From Leucoraja erinacea (lineage: Eukaryota), in contig NC_073387.1 in NCBI RefSeq assembly GCF_028641065.1, positions 17,112,001 through 17,176,000 on the forward strand: DNA of 64,000 nucleotides, read 5' to 3'. Below are positions 48,563 through 60,780 of this stretch, piece by piece. The notes under the pieces were generated by a model, which did not search any database, was not told the DNA's origin, and saw only the letters and a list, made by a program, of their open reading frames with translations. A program made the translations under genes and the position numbers. Position 1 is the first letter of the stretch, and each line of letters opens with the position of its first letter.

Positions 48563-49027
48563 TCCCCACTGCTAGAAAGTCTGTAAAGTGAGTTGAGAAA
48601 TAGGAATCAGCACAAATGTGGATTAGGGACAGACAGAGAATCAAGATAGGTACTGAATGGGGAAGCAACGCTGAAGGGTTATTGTGGTCCACTCCCACTC
48701 CTATTTCACCTGGTGTTCACCTGTTACTGCCACTGATAGAGGACTTGTGAGGGCTGGCAATGTGATGAAGTAGCCGTTGTAACCTAGCATCTGACTACCT
48801 GCTGAAGCAGAGTTGAAGCCAGGAAGGGGATTGTATCTCACTGTAATCTCCAGTGCTTACAGCCACAGAGAGTATTTCACCGCCAATTCATTACAGAGCC
48901 AGGATGAACAAATTGGGAGAGGGGAATCCATTGTGGGACAGCATGAGGAAATAAATACAGGAATTCTCAGCTCTATGGTAAGAAGAGGTCATGGGATAGT
49001 TTATGATTGGCTGATCTTGCAAGTAAA

Positions 49028-49317
49028 TTCATAAATTCATAAATCATAGGAGCAGAATTAGGCTGTTCAACCCATCGAGTCTACTCTGCCATGCCATCAT
49101 GGCTGATCTATCTTTCCCTCTCAACCCTATTCTCCTGTCTTCTCCTCAAAACCTTGACACCCTTACTAATTTAGAATCTGTAAATCTCATCTTTAAAATA
49201 CCTAATGACCTGGCCTCTAAGAGCCATCAGAGGGAATTAATTCCACAGATTCATCACCCTCTGTCTAAAGAAATTCCTTCTTATCTCCTTTCAAATGGTA
49301 TATCCTTTTATTCTGAG
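49028..49317 (-). mobile_element. CR1 3' fragment
   Basis: TTCATAAA tail units, GGAGCAGAATTAGGC, ATTCCACAGATTCA.CACCCTCTG. Confidence 0.8.
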
Positions 49318-49319
49318 TA

Positions 49320-51278
49320 AATTGTTCTCGATCTCAAAACCAACCAGCACGTTGTCTATAAACTCCGCGACAAAATGCCCTCTATATCTGAATAGGGCAG
49401 CATTGACTTTAGAATCTTAGTAAATAGGCTAGGGCTAGTCAACCCCTTAGATAGAGCCTAAAATTTCCACCACTGCCTTTGCCATATAAACCTCAGATAA
49501 ACCAATAGACTCTCGTCTATTGATATGGAAATGTATGCATCTTCAAGATCGATTGAGGCCCTAAATCCTCTGTAATCAGCTAATTTACTGAATGACAATT
49601 ATCCATCATAAAATGGTTATACCAAGCACATTATCAGACTAGCCAAATCCTAGACTGATTTTGCATCCTCCACTTTTATTGAACCTTGAGAAAATATTAG
49701 AAATATACCCCTCTTGTACTTGGGCAGACTGCTCATCCTTTTGTGAGATGTCTCTGTTTCAACTTGGATAGCCATAGTTTCCTCTTTTGACCACAAGAAC
49801 AGAAATCTTGGCTTCTCTTGCCGCGGAGGAAATTGATCTGCCAGAAATGGAAAAGTCGGAGGTTATCTGTACCCACCTGTTTGTCGAACCGTCTCAACCT
49901 ATCTCCGAGTTAAATATCAACAGCACATCTCATGCGACTGATGGAATAACATTTGCACACCTCAACAGCCTCCACCTCATTGTCGCTTTGCTGTCCATGA
50001 CGAGACAGACTGTGACTGTAGATGTGATCAAGGCAGTTTCTGAGAAAGCACTTGCTATAAAAACCACCAAGGCTGCCAATAAAATAATAGACAAAAGGTG
50101 ATTATGACCCCCCGCCAACTAGATCCAGGAATCCCTGAAATTGACACCACCAAAAATGGCCTCAGGCGGATGATTAATAGTCAACTGACCCAGGACTTTG
50201 CTCTGTCCCCTTGTTCAGGTATCATGGTCAGCTGGGGACGATACTGATTATCTGGAGAGCACTGCATCCATGGTGAGCGCTAAAAATTGCGAATAAAAAG
50301 CCCTCTGACTTGGTTATAATTGTGTAGGCCTGGTGCTCCAACCAGCCTCAATGTAGTGGTATCTGCCACTCATTTGGCAGAGATGATATGCATGCAGGTA
50401 AATGGGAGTCTTACCCACAAAGAGTGTATTTGTCACACCCACCGCAGCCTTGAAATATTCTTGCGAGTCTTAACTTGCTAGCCCAAGTCTTCTCCAAAGA
50501 GATACTTGCAGACTGCACATACCAGCCTTGCAAAAAAAATGCATAAATTGGGTTGACCTCAGGCCTATATCATCCTAACACAATTGAGTTTAGACTGCAT
50601 TATACAAAAGTGCTAAGGCATGTAGCATTTTTCAGACAGCTGAATTCCTTTTACTGACATTGCAAATGCCGAATCCTTCTCTGAGAAATCTCTGAACTTT
50701 CTGCGGTTTAAAGTCTTTTGACTTTGTTTAGCCCTTCCGCAAGCCTCAATTGGTAGCATTAACCTATGGGCCTCCAGTGCCTGGCAGAAATCAGGACTTA
50801 CCTATATAGTATCCAGCAGTGTCCTGCATGATCTTCTCAATCAACTGATGAGAAGTCAAATAACCAATGCTACTTGCCAGTTCTATCTCTAACCGTTCTC
50901 CTATCCCCGAAGGGATGGCAAATTTAGTCACAAATGCCAGCAGATCCTTATGAGACTTGAGATGAAGCGAATCATCCGCTTGATGTGGGAATTCCACTGT
51001 CAACTACCTCACAGTCAGAGTCACCACAAATATCCTCAAGACACCCCTCCTCAGAGTGGAAGATATCATAATGCAACCCTGAACCAGGTATTGCTGCCGC
51101 AGACTTCTGACTGGAACTACCTGTCTCGGTCGCCAGTGTGCCCTCTCAATCAGGATTTCCAATACCTTCTTGCCCAATATTGTCCTATTGGACATTTTGC
51201 CGTTTTGGCCTTGGCCTACCCTGAACTTGGGTCGCCAAACTGCTACCGTACGGAGCTTTTGCTTTTATGATTTATTTT

Positions 51279-51336
<58 letters not shown>

Positions 51337-52430
51337 ATCTATTTATTTATATATTTACTTTTTACAACACAAACCTGCAAGTCAGTTAAAAAATGCTACA
51401 TGCCAGATTGGCCTTTTGCTAGTTGGTCTACCTATCCCCAAGAGGATGGCAAATTATGTTCCAGCGTGCAGTCAACTCTTTTAGCTGAGCTGAAAGAATT
51501 TAGCATGTGTTGAGGGAATCCTCAAACTACCTCACTCTACTGGGCAGCCTGATAACCTCAATCATAGATGTTGAGGCAGTGCTTCCCTGACCAATATGAT
51601 CCATTTGGACAGCCAGTTTCAAGTTGGTCTACCCTAAACCAGAGTAGACAAGCTGCTCTTTTTTGTAACTTACAGAGGTTGTGGTGCAGGGCACCCTGCC
51701 AGTGTCTCTGCACCAACCTTCTCTTTTCCAGAGGCAGTGGAGGATACTAAACAGACTACGCTGCCAGTGTTTCCAAGCCCGGGTCGACAGGCTGCTCCAT
51801 TTCTGAGCTTTAACGGAGGTTAGTAAGCAGACCTTACCTGCCAGGGTCTACGAGCCCAGGTTGACCTTGTTAGAGCTTCAGCGAAGTTCCTTTTGCAGGC
51901 CATGCCTGTTCATATTTTCAACCCCACACTTGCCAAACTGCTCCCTTTCAGAGCTTTAAACAGACATTGCTGTGGAGGTCCTGCCTGCCAGCTTCTCTAA
52001 GCCTCGGTGGGACAGTCGGCTCCTTCGAGGCCTTCTGCTCCTTTGGAGCCTTGTTGGAGCTTACTGTACAGGTCGTGCCTGCCAGTGCTCCAAGACTGGT
52101 GTGACAGGCTGCTTCTTCAGGGCCTTCTGCTCCTTTGGAGCCTTGACTGAGCTCACTGAACAGGTTGCGCCTGCCAGTTACTCTGAGTCCGGCCACCTGC
52201 TCCTTTACGGAGCCTCAACGGTGATAGCTGAACTGGCTGCGCCTGTCAGCCACTCCGAGCCCACTGCATCTATTTTTCGGTGAAGTGTGCCGTTCCAGAA
52301 AAGAAAAAACGCCTTACGTGCCAGAGCATTTTCAAAATGCTCCGCTACCCGCACCATGCGTCGACGTATTGATGCGCATGCCGGCTGGAGGGTTCTTCAC
52401 GCAGCCTCTCATGAGACTTTGATATAAAAT
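49320..52430 (-). mobile_element. Second DIRS1-type element, 3'-truncated and decayed
   Basis: Minus strand RT motifs IDLEDAY (49533-49553), GLTSPSLFTK (49416-49445) and FIDN (49351-49362, YLDD position); 5' terminus ATTTTATATCAAAGTCTCATGAGAGGCTGCGTGAAGA resembles the left end of the first DIRS. Confidence 0.8.
51285..51334. repeat. (TA)n microsatellite
   Basis: Direct reading. Confidence 0.95.
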
Positions 52431-52559
52431 TAACAGATAAGAGAGAATTGTATGAACTCACACATCATGACATTGTATAAATTGGAGAAAGGCAACTTTT
52501 AATGGAAGTTTTCATGGCTTTAGGACAAGGCAAAGAATGTAACAGCAAACACATCAAGC

Positions 52560-52845
52560 AGACTCCAACACCAGTGACCAGTTCTTCTGGTGTTGATTGA
52601 GGAAGAAATAATGGGCACTACACTGTGAAAACCCCCTTGCACATCTTTAAGAAGTGTCACTAAATTGTTGACATCCTCCTGAGGGAGCAGTCAGATCTTC
52701 ATTTTGATCTCTCATTTAATCAAAAAGTATAACCCATTACTAACTATGCAGTACTCCCTCAAAACTGTACTAAGATACGACCAAGAATGTGTCCACAACT
52801 TACTCGAGTAGGGCTTGAATTCACAACCTTCTATCTCAGAGGAGA
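52560..52845 (-). mobile_element. Ancient Deu-SINE/LF-SINE-like relic (head and core)
   Basis: TGCAGTACTCCCTCA..ACTGTACT..GAGTAGGGCTTGAATTCACAACCTTCT.TCTCAGAGG resembles the reverse complement of the tRNA-derived head of these SINEs as I recall it. Confidence 0.5.
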
Positions 52846-53178
52846 TATTGTCTGTATTATTTATTGTGGTGTATGTGGTGGTTGTATTGTACTGCATTGT
52901 ATCTGTCTGAGAGCGAACCAAGACACATTCCTATCAACTTGTTGACATGGCAATAAATTACTTGAATCTTGAATGTTGAATCTTGAGAGAGTGCCATCGA
53001 TTGAACTAAAGATGACATAATCAGAGTCATGCAGCAAGGAATCAGGCCCTTCAGCCAAACTGCCTACATAGAACACGATGCCCCATCTATGCTCGTCCCA
53101 TCTGCCTACATTTGGACCTATATCCCTGTGAACCTTTCCTGCCCATGTACCTCTTCAAATGTCTTTTAAATGTTGTTA

Positions 53179-53754
53179 TCTATATTACTAAATGTCTGAT
53201 CTTGACCACTTCCTGTTGTTCTGTATATTGATTTTAGAAAAAAACGCTGCCACTTACGGCTGTGATTTTTTGGCCATCTTACTCAGAGTCTTCTTCCGCT
53301 GTGCAGGACAAAACGATTGTTCCCATCGATGAAAAATAAAAGAACTATTAGTGTTTAAAAAATATGCAGATTCTCTCACCTGAAGGGAGTGGTCACGACT
53401 CGCTGTCTTTAGTAGCCTTGCAACCTGCTTGAAATGTTATGAAACTGCACTTGAATTTGGTGCCCTTGCACCCTACTTGAAATGGAATTTCAAGGAATAG
53501 CCATGAGTCAACTGCGACCCCACCAGCCATGAGTGAATGAGCAGCCAGCCCATGAATCCATTCGGCCCCCAATGTCCATACTAACCATCTGGAAACCAGT
53601 CCCTTCACCGCACAACATCCATACTAGCGCTCCAGAATGCTCCTTCCACCCCCCCACCTCACCCCACTGGCCACCAATATTGGAATTGGTGGAGAGGTGG
53701 AATATTGTGTTGGGGGACCAGCCCTCCCATGTGATGCTGGGTCCCACAGTCTAG
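53179..53754 (+). mobile_element. Non-autonomous Helitron-like element inserted in a CR1 tail
   Basis: Starts TCTATATTACTAAA after A; ends GGGACC..GGTCCC hairpin + ACAGT + CTAG before T; the host CR1 (53020-53178) resumes at about 54335. Confidence 0.65.
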
Positions 53755-53758
53755 TATC

Positions 53759-54332
53759 GAAAGTAGTTTCCAGGATGTGCAGTCTATGTTTCTATGTTTG
53801 TGTCTCCAAACAAAGGTTACCTTCTCCCTCGGCCAGATTTAAAAAGTGTTGGTTTGTGAGGCATTTGCATAATTAGTAAAAGCTCACTATCAAAGTGGGC
53901 AGTGGGCAGGTGCTATAGGCCTGCAAGGGAAGTTAGATGCTCCCGCCCCCACGAGTCTCGGGCAGATGGGGCTCATCAGCCTGGGAAGGCAGTCCATCTA
54001 GGAGAGGGAAAACTCTGATTTAAAACCTCCACTGCCTTGTGGCCGTATCCAGTCATGGAAAAGGCTCCAGGAGTAAACCTCAAGAAAATCCGGAGTCGGA
54101 GCCCCTAAGGCAGTTTGTCGTTGTCTACATCCTCACTCTGGAAGCTCCTGCGATGGCGCTGGTGCCAAACTGTAATGGCCCTGCTGTTCCTTTGGATTGA
54201 TCAATGACGTGGAGAGGGGGGACGTACTGCATGGGCAACAGCTTGCCCCCCATATGACATCGCCCAGGCTTGCATCTGACCAGGATGCATCACCCACGGT
54301 CAGTCATGACCAAGAGGGGCCTAGTATTCCTA
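53759..54332 (+). mobile_element. TSD-flanked non-coding retroposon with RTE 5'-UTR-like core
   Basis: Flanked by the 8-bp direct repeat CTAGTATC (53751-53758 and 54333-54340); contains GGCAGTCCATCTAGGAGAGGGAAAACTCTGA, which I associate with RTE-clade 5' UTRs. Confidence 0.45.
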
Positions 54333-54616
54333 CTAGTATCTGCCTCAACTTCCTCTTCTGGCTGCTCATTCCATATATCCCACACCTTCTGGGTAATAAA
54401 GTTGCCCCTCAATCTTTCGCATCGCACCTTAAACCTTTGTCTTCTAGTTCTTGATTCCCTGACTCTTGGTAAAACAAAATCTGTACATTTGCCCTATCCA
54501 TTTTGAAATCCATGATATCCAATCTATGATTTTACAAACGTGATGCTTTGATATCAAATTACAGAATGGAATTCATGTAAAAAAATGTTAGGTTATTCTA
54601 GTGGAATTCTATACCA

Positions 54617-55474
54617 TGGATAGGTTGGATGAGTGGGCAAGTGCATGGCAGATGCAGTATAATGTGGATAAATGTGAGGTTATACACTTTGGTTGCAAAA
54701 ACAAAAAAGTAGACTATTATCTGAATGGTGGCCGATTAGGAAAAGGGGAGATGCAACGAGACCTGGGTGTCATGGTACACCAGTCATTGAAAGTAGGCAT
54801 GCAGGTGCAGCAGGCAGTGAAGAAAGCGAATGGTATGTTTGCATTCATAGCAAAAGGATTTGAGTATAGGAGCAGGGAGGTTCTACTGCAGTTGTACAGG
54901 GTCTTGTTGAGACCACACCTGGAGTATTGCGTACAGTTTTGGTCTCCTGATCTGAGGAAAAGACATTCTTGCCATAGAGGGAGTACAGAGAAGGTTCACC
55001 AGGCTGATTCCTGGGATGTCAGGACTTTCATATCAAGAAAGACTGGATAGACTCGGCTTGTACTCACTAGAATTTAGAATATTGAGGATCTTATAGAAAC
55101 TTACAAAATTCTTAAGGGGTTTGACAGGCTACGTGATTGTTCCCGATGTTGGGGAAGTCCAGAACAAAGGGTCACAGTTTAGGGATAAGGGGGAAGTCTT
55201 TTAGGACTGAGATGAGGAAAACATTTTTCACACAGAGAGTGGTGAATCTGTGGAATTCTCTGCCTCAGAAAGTAGTTGAGGCCAGTTCATTGGCTATATT
55301 TAAGAGGGAGTTAGATGTGGCCCTTGTGGTTAAAGGGACCGGGAGGTATGGAGAGAAGGCAGGTACAGGATACCGAGTTGGATGATCAGCCATGATCATA
55401 TTGAATGGCGGTGCAGGCTCGAATGGCCGAATGGCCTACTCCTGCACCTATTTTTTATGTTTCTATGTTTCTAT
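54617..55474 (+). mobile_element. CR1 LINE 3' fragment
   Basis: WQMQYNVDKCEVIHFG...RPHLEYCVQFWSP...FFTQRVVNLWNSLP; (GTTTCTAT)n tail. Confidence 0.92.
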
Positions 55475-55476
55475 GA

Positions 55477-55773
55477 GGGATGGCACAGTGGCACAGCGGT
55501 AGAGTTGTTGCCTTAAACCCGGGTGTAATCCTGACTACTGGTGCTGTCTGTACGGAGTTTGCATGTTCTCCCCGTGACCACATGGATTTTCTCCGGGGGC
55601 TCCAGTTTCCTCCCACACTCCAAAGGTGTGCAGGTTTTTAGGTTAATTGGCTTCGGTAACGATTGTAATTTGTCCCTCGCGAATAGGATAGTGCTAGTGT
55701 ACAGAGATCACTGGTCGGCATGGACTCGGTGGGCCAAAGGGCCTGTTACTGCGCTGTATCTCTAAAACTAAAA
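55477..55773 (+). mobile_element. HE1-type SINE, full length
   Basis: Head, V-domain, tail GGGCCTGTT..GCTGTATCTCTAAAACTAAAAC. Confidence 0.88.
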
Positions 55774-56577
55774 CGAGAAAATACACTGATATGGGCATAG
55801 CTTAGAGATAGAGATGATGTTAGAGATTTCTGAGTATTTTCCAATTGGTTGATTCTCTCTTAGCACATTCGTCAGATGATGCTAACTGGAAAATCTCTCA
55901 TTCTGAACATTTAGTTTGCTTTGTATGCCTAACACATGCTTTCAAAGTCTACAAAATACATTGATAAACTCCACAGATTCCTGCCATTTGCACACGCTGT
56001 AATTGGCATCAACAGTAAAAGTGAGTCCAAACGCAAATTGAGAATTAAAATCCAAAGTGTGCTTCCAGGCAGTTCAATGCCACAATGTTAATGACATTTT
56101 TCAGTTAAAAGGAGCATCTGGTCTTATACAGAGTAATTCCCTGTATACTGGAGGAGATCTCATGTTTATAAAAAAGATTTAGGATTAGATGCTCTTCTGA
56201 ATGCACCATTTTTACCCACATAGAAACAGTTTCATTAACAGATTAGCACACAAAAGCAAACAAACTCAAGTTTAAGCAGACCTTTGGGAGAGATTTACTT
56301 TAACCTCCTGCTGTCCCCAAACAAAAGAAGCCCCAACAACATCCAATGTTCTCCTGTATTAATAGACGGTGCAAATGTTACGTGAGTGTGAAGTTGGTTA
56401 ATGAGTTTTTGCATCCACCCTCAAGAAAGGAGTTGGCCAACTCCACTAATCACAATGGTGTCTCCCTGATATCTGCCATGCCATTGCAAGAATCTTCCAA
56501 TAACCACCTTCTTTCATTGGCCAAGAAACCTTTTCCATCAGAGAAAAATGCACAAAGTTCACAAAGTTCAAAAGACC

Positions 56578-56815
56578 GGCACAGTGGTGCAGCGGTAAAG
56601 TTGCTACCTTACAGTGCCAGAGTCCCGGGTTCGATCCTGACCACGGGTGCTGCCTGCATGGATTTTGCATGTTCTCCCTGTGACTGGCTGGGGATTTCCC
56701 GGGTGCTCCGGTTTCCTCCTGCATCCCAAAGACATGCTGGTTTGAAGGTTAATTGGTTTCTGTAAAAATTGTGAAGTGTTCCTAATGTGTAGGACAGTGT
56801 TAGTGTACAGAGATT
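56578..56815 (+). mobile_element. HE1-type SINE lacking its tail
   Basis: GGCACAGTGGTGCAGCGGTA..GGTTCGATCC head and V-domain. Confidence 0.85.
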
Positions 56816-57164
56816 GCAGGACAACGCAGGCCCGGTGGCATGCAGGGCTTGCGGGAAGACCCGTTCCACTGAAGACGCAGGAACCCGGAGCACCCGGGGA
56901 AAACCCATGCGGTCACAGGGAGAATGTATAAACTGTAGCGACACATGCAGGTGCTCATCAGCATCGAACCGTGCGGACGGAAGCCGCGCCCACGTGACTC
57001 TGGGAGGGTTCGTGTTTTCGCATGGTTTCTGGGCTCCAACCGTCAGTCGTTGTGAGACTACCATTGTGGTCGGTTGCATTTCAATGACAGAGTGCGTGAT
57101 CGGTGAATCTGATTCAAATAAATTTGATTAGAACCTACAGACTATTGTCTTTGATCCGCCAAAT

Positions 57165-57178
57165 TTGTGACCCCGACG
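57165..57178 (+). other. Primer-binding site (tRNA-Trp)
   Basis: TTGTGACCCCGACG, one mismatch to the Trp PBS TGGTGACCCCGACG. Confidence 0.8.
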
Positions 57179-57205
57179 AGTCTCACCGTTGATAGACATT
57201 AGAAC

Positions 57206-57937
57206 ATGCAGAATAATTATTTTCCCGCCGGTGCCCAACAGGACTCAGTGAGCCTTCGGCTTCCTCCGTTTTGGCCTGATCAGCGACATGTTTGGTTTGG
57301 CACGTCGAGGCGCAATTCCACCTGCACCGCATCGTCGCCGACGAGACGCGGTATTTCCACTTGGTGGGGGCCCTACCTCAATAATCGGCCTCCCGTTTAC
57401 TGCCTTACCTGAGGGACACGCCTGCCATGGCCAAGTACGACAGCCTCAAGGCCCTGTTGCTGCACACCTTCGGATTGTCATTGAGACTGCTCAGCACAAA
57501 TCCTGCACATGGACGGTATGGGTGATCGAAGATCCTCCGCCCTGATGGCCCGGATGCTGGCCCTGATGGATGGACATCGGCCGTGCCTGCTTTTTGAGCA
57601 GGCTTTTCTCGAGCAGATGCCTGACAACATCCGCCTGATGCTCGTTGGAGCTGATTTCAACGATCCCCAACAGCTCGTGGAGAGGGCCGAAGAACTGCGA
57701 ACACACGAGGCACCAGGAGGTCTGTGTGATCAGCCATCCGGCTGCACCGGCTCAACAACCGCCGCAGCAGCTGCGTGAGGAAGGCCCGCCACCGGCCCCC
57801 TCTGAGGATCCGCCGCAACACCCGGAGTCTTTTGGTAGACGCCGCTTGTGTTACTACCATCACCGCTTCGGAGCAGTGCTCAGCGCTGCCAAAGTCCCTG
57901 TACATTTTGGGGAAATGCCTCGGCCGATCGCCTGTAG
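57206..57937 (+). pseudogene. gag: CsRn1-like gag, frameshifted
   Basis: VSLRLPPFWP..WF...EAQF, MGDRRSSALM..LFEQAFLEQMP and CYYHHRFG...C..PC; stop TAG at 57935-57937. Confidence 0.85.
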
Positions 57938-57955
57938 AGGCGACCGCGATCGGCC
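57910..57955 (+). promoter_or_regulatory. -1 programmed ribosomal frameshift signal
   Basis: G GGA AAT slippery heptamer at 57910-57916 in the gag frame, 5-nt spacer, then a perfect 10-bp stem GGCCGATCGC / GCGATCGGCC; the -1 frame is the protease frame. Confidence 0.75.
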
Positions 57956-60780
57956 TGAACGAACGCCTCTACGTCAGTGACCACCGCTCTGACCGCCGTT
58001 TTCTTGTGGACTACGGGGCCATGGTCAGCATCCTTCCCCCGACCGGCCGTGATGCCCGCGCCAGTAAGATAGGCCCCGTCCCCTCGGCCGTTAATGGGAG
58101 CGACATCTGAACATACGGTACGCGGACCCTTAATCTTACCTTCAACTCTCACCCGTATAGGTGGAGGTTTATCATTGCTAACATCGCCCAGCCGATCTTG
58201 GGTGCTGATTCCCTGTGCGCGTTCTCCCTTCTCGTCAATGTGTGAGGGGATCGTATCATCCCGTTGTCAGACTCCGCCCCGCAGAACCACACAGCTCGAC
58301 CCTGCCCAAACAGCAACCCAATGCCATCGAGGATGTTGAAGGCCCTTTCACCACTGTGCTCTCGGAGTTCCCCGAGCTGCTCACACCCCTTTTCAATGGG
58401 GCTGTGCCCCGTCACGGAGTGGTGCACCACATCCCTAATGAAGGCCCACCGTTGTACGCCTACGTGCACCGTCTGCCACCGGACAAGCTGCGCATTGCCC
58501 GCAAATAGTTCCAGTTGATAGAAGACATGGGCATTGTGCGGCGGTCCGATAGCCTGTGGGCTTCCCAGCTCCATATGATTCCAAAGGCATCTGGGGGTTG
58601 GAGGCTGTACGGTGATTACAGGTGGCTTAATGCTGTAACCACGATGGACCGTTACCTGGTGCCCCATATTCAGGATTGTTCAGCACTTCTCGAGGACGCC
58701 ACTTTCTATTCGAAAGTGGACCTGGTTCGGGGTTACAACCAGATCCCTGTCCACCCTGACGATGTCCCCAAGACAGCCACCATCACCCTGTTCGGCCTGT
58801 TCGAATGGCTCCGGATGCCATTCAGCCTAAAGAACGCCGCTCAGGTGTTCCAGCGGCTCATGGATCAGGTTGGACGGGATTTGTCTTTTGTCTTCATTTA
58901 TTTTGACATCCTGGTGGCCAGCAATTCGCAGGTGGAACACATTAGTCACCTTCGTCTTTTGTTTGAGCGCTTGCGCGATCACGGCCTGGTGATTAACCCT
59001 GTGAAGTGCCAGTTCAGCCTGCGCCCCATCTCCTTTTTAGGGCATCGTGTTACCCCACATGGTACCGAGCCACTGCCTATGAAAGTTGACGCCATTCGCC
59101 AGTTCCCTCGGCCGCTCACTGTCAAGGGTCTGCAGGAGTTCATCAGGATGGTAAACTTTTACTGCCAGTTTGTGCCGTCGGCCCCCGCTATCCAGTGCCT
59201 GGCGGGTAAGCCGTGGGTCCTGGCGTGGTCAGAGGAGGCCAACGCGGCATTCGAAGGTGCTAAGGCAGCACTGACAAATGCCACCATGCTGGTGCACCCA
59301 TGCCATCCACTCCCAGTGCGCTCATGGTCGACACTTCGGATGTCGATGTGGGTGCAGTTCTGGAGCAGCAGGTTGGTTACCGCTGGCAGCCGCTGGTGTT
59401 TTTCAGCCGGCAGCTTCGGGCTCCAGAATGTAAGTACAGCGTATTCGATCGGGAACTCCTCGCGCTCCACCTGGCAGTCAGACACTTCCGTTATTTCCTA
59501 GAGGGCCGCAATTTCACTGCTTTCACAGACCACAAACCGCTCACTTTCGCTTTGAGTAAAATCGCCGACCCGTGGTCCGCCAGGCAGCAGCGGCACCTCG
59601 ACTACATTTCCGAGTTCACCACTGACATTCGGCATGTGGTGGGCAAGCTCAACGTCGTGGCCGAAGCGTTGTCCCGTCCGGCCATCCCATCGGTCTCGGC
59701 TCTGCACCTGGGAGTCGATTACGCCGAGCTGGCAGCATGGCAGATGCCAGCATGGCAGATTATTACACTGTCAAGTCGGGCCTTAAGCTAGCCAAAGTGC
59801 CTTGTGCCGTGGCTGGTGTTAAGGTCCTCTGTGATGTCTCCACAGGTCGAGCCCGCCCGGTTATTCCAGTCAGTTGTAGGCGACGGGTTTTTGACATGGT
59901 CCACAGTTTGTCCCACCCGTCCATTCGTGTGACATCTGCCCTGGTGGCATCCAAGTTCATCTGGCACGGGCTGCGCAAGCAGGTGGCCGCCTGGGCCCGT
60001 GCTTGCATTCCGTGCCAGACCTCTAAGGTTCAGCGACATGTGCTGTGCCTGACGGCAGGTTCCTACATATTCATGTGGACCTTGTTGGTCCCTTGCCATA
60101 TCCACGGGGTGCCACACACTTGCTTACCGTAGTGGACAGGTTCACTAGGTGGCCAGAGGCTATCCCGTTATCGGATACCGCGGAGTCTTGCGCCCGAGCA
60201 ATGGCGTCCAACTGGATAGCCCGTTTTGGGGTACCCTCCTTCATCACCACAGACGCCATTTTGGCCCGGGGCCAAACAGGGCCCAGTTCACCTCATCTCT
60301 GTGGTCAGGCCTGGCGCAGCTATACGGCGCCTGCCTGCTCCAAAGGACTGCCTATCACCCAGAGTCGAATGGGTTGGTCGAGAGATTCCATCAACACCTT
60401 AAGTCGGCGTTGAAGACCTAGATCACCGGCCCCGATTGGGTGGACCAGTTGCCCTGGGTCCTCCTTGGCATCAGAACGACATCTAAGGAGGACCTGAATG
60501 ACTCCTCATTACAGAATTGTGCTTATGTTTTCCTTCGCAGGGAAGCTCACCACTCGCCACTGCGGAGGGTATACGAGGGGACGTATATGGTGTTGCGAAC
60601 CGGAGTCGCCACGTTCACGTTGGATGTAGGCGGTCGGGAGGAGTTTGTCTCTGTCGGCCGTCTCAAGCATGCTCACGTGGACGAGGCCAGCCCAGTGGTA
60701 GTGGCTACACTGTGGCATAGAGGTCGTCTGCAAGCCGTTCAGTTTTCCCCTTGCCCTACCGTTCCCGGCTGTTTCACTGC
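57910..60780 (+). pseudogene. pol: Gypsy pol, multiply frameshifted
   Basis: FLVDYGA (PR); KVDLVRGYNQIP, RMPFSLKNAA and FIYFD (RT with damaged YxDD); YSVFDRELLA and FTDHKPL (RH); [19 protein letters not shown] and [13 protein letters not shown] (IN). Confidence 0.9.

Noticed and set aside
49787-50101. 104-aa plus-strand ORF
   Set aside because: Lies antisense within the decayed DIRS element; no protein motif recognised.
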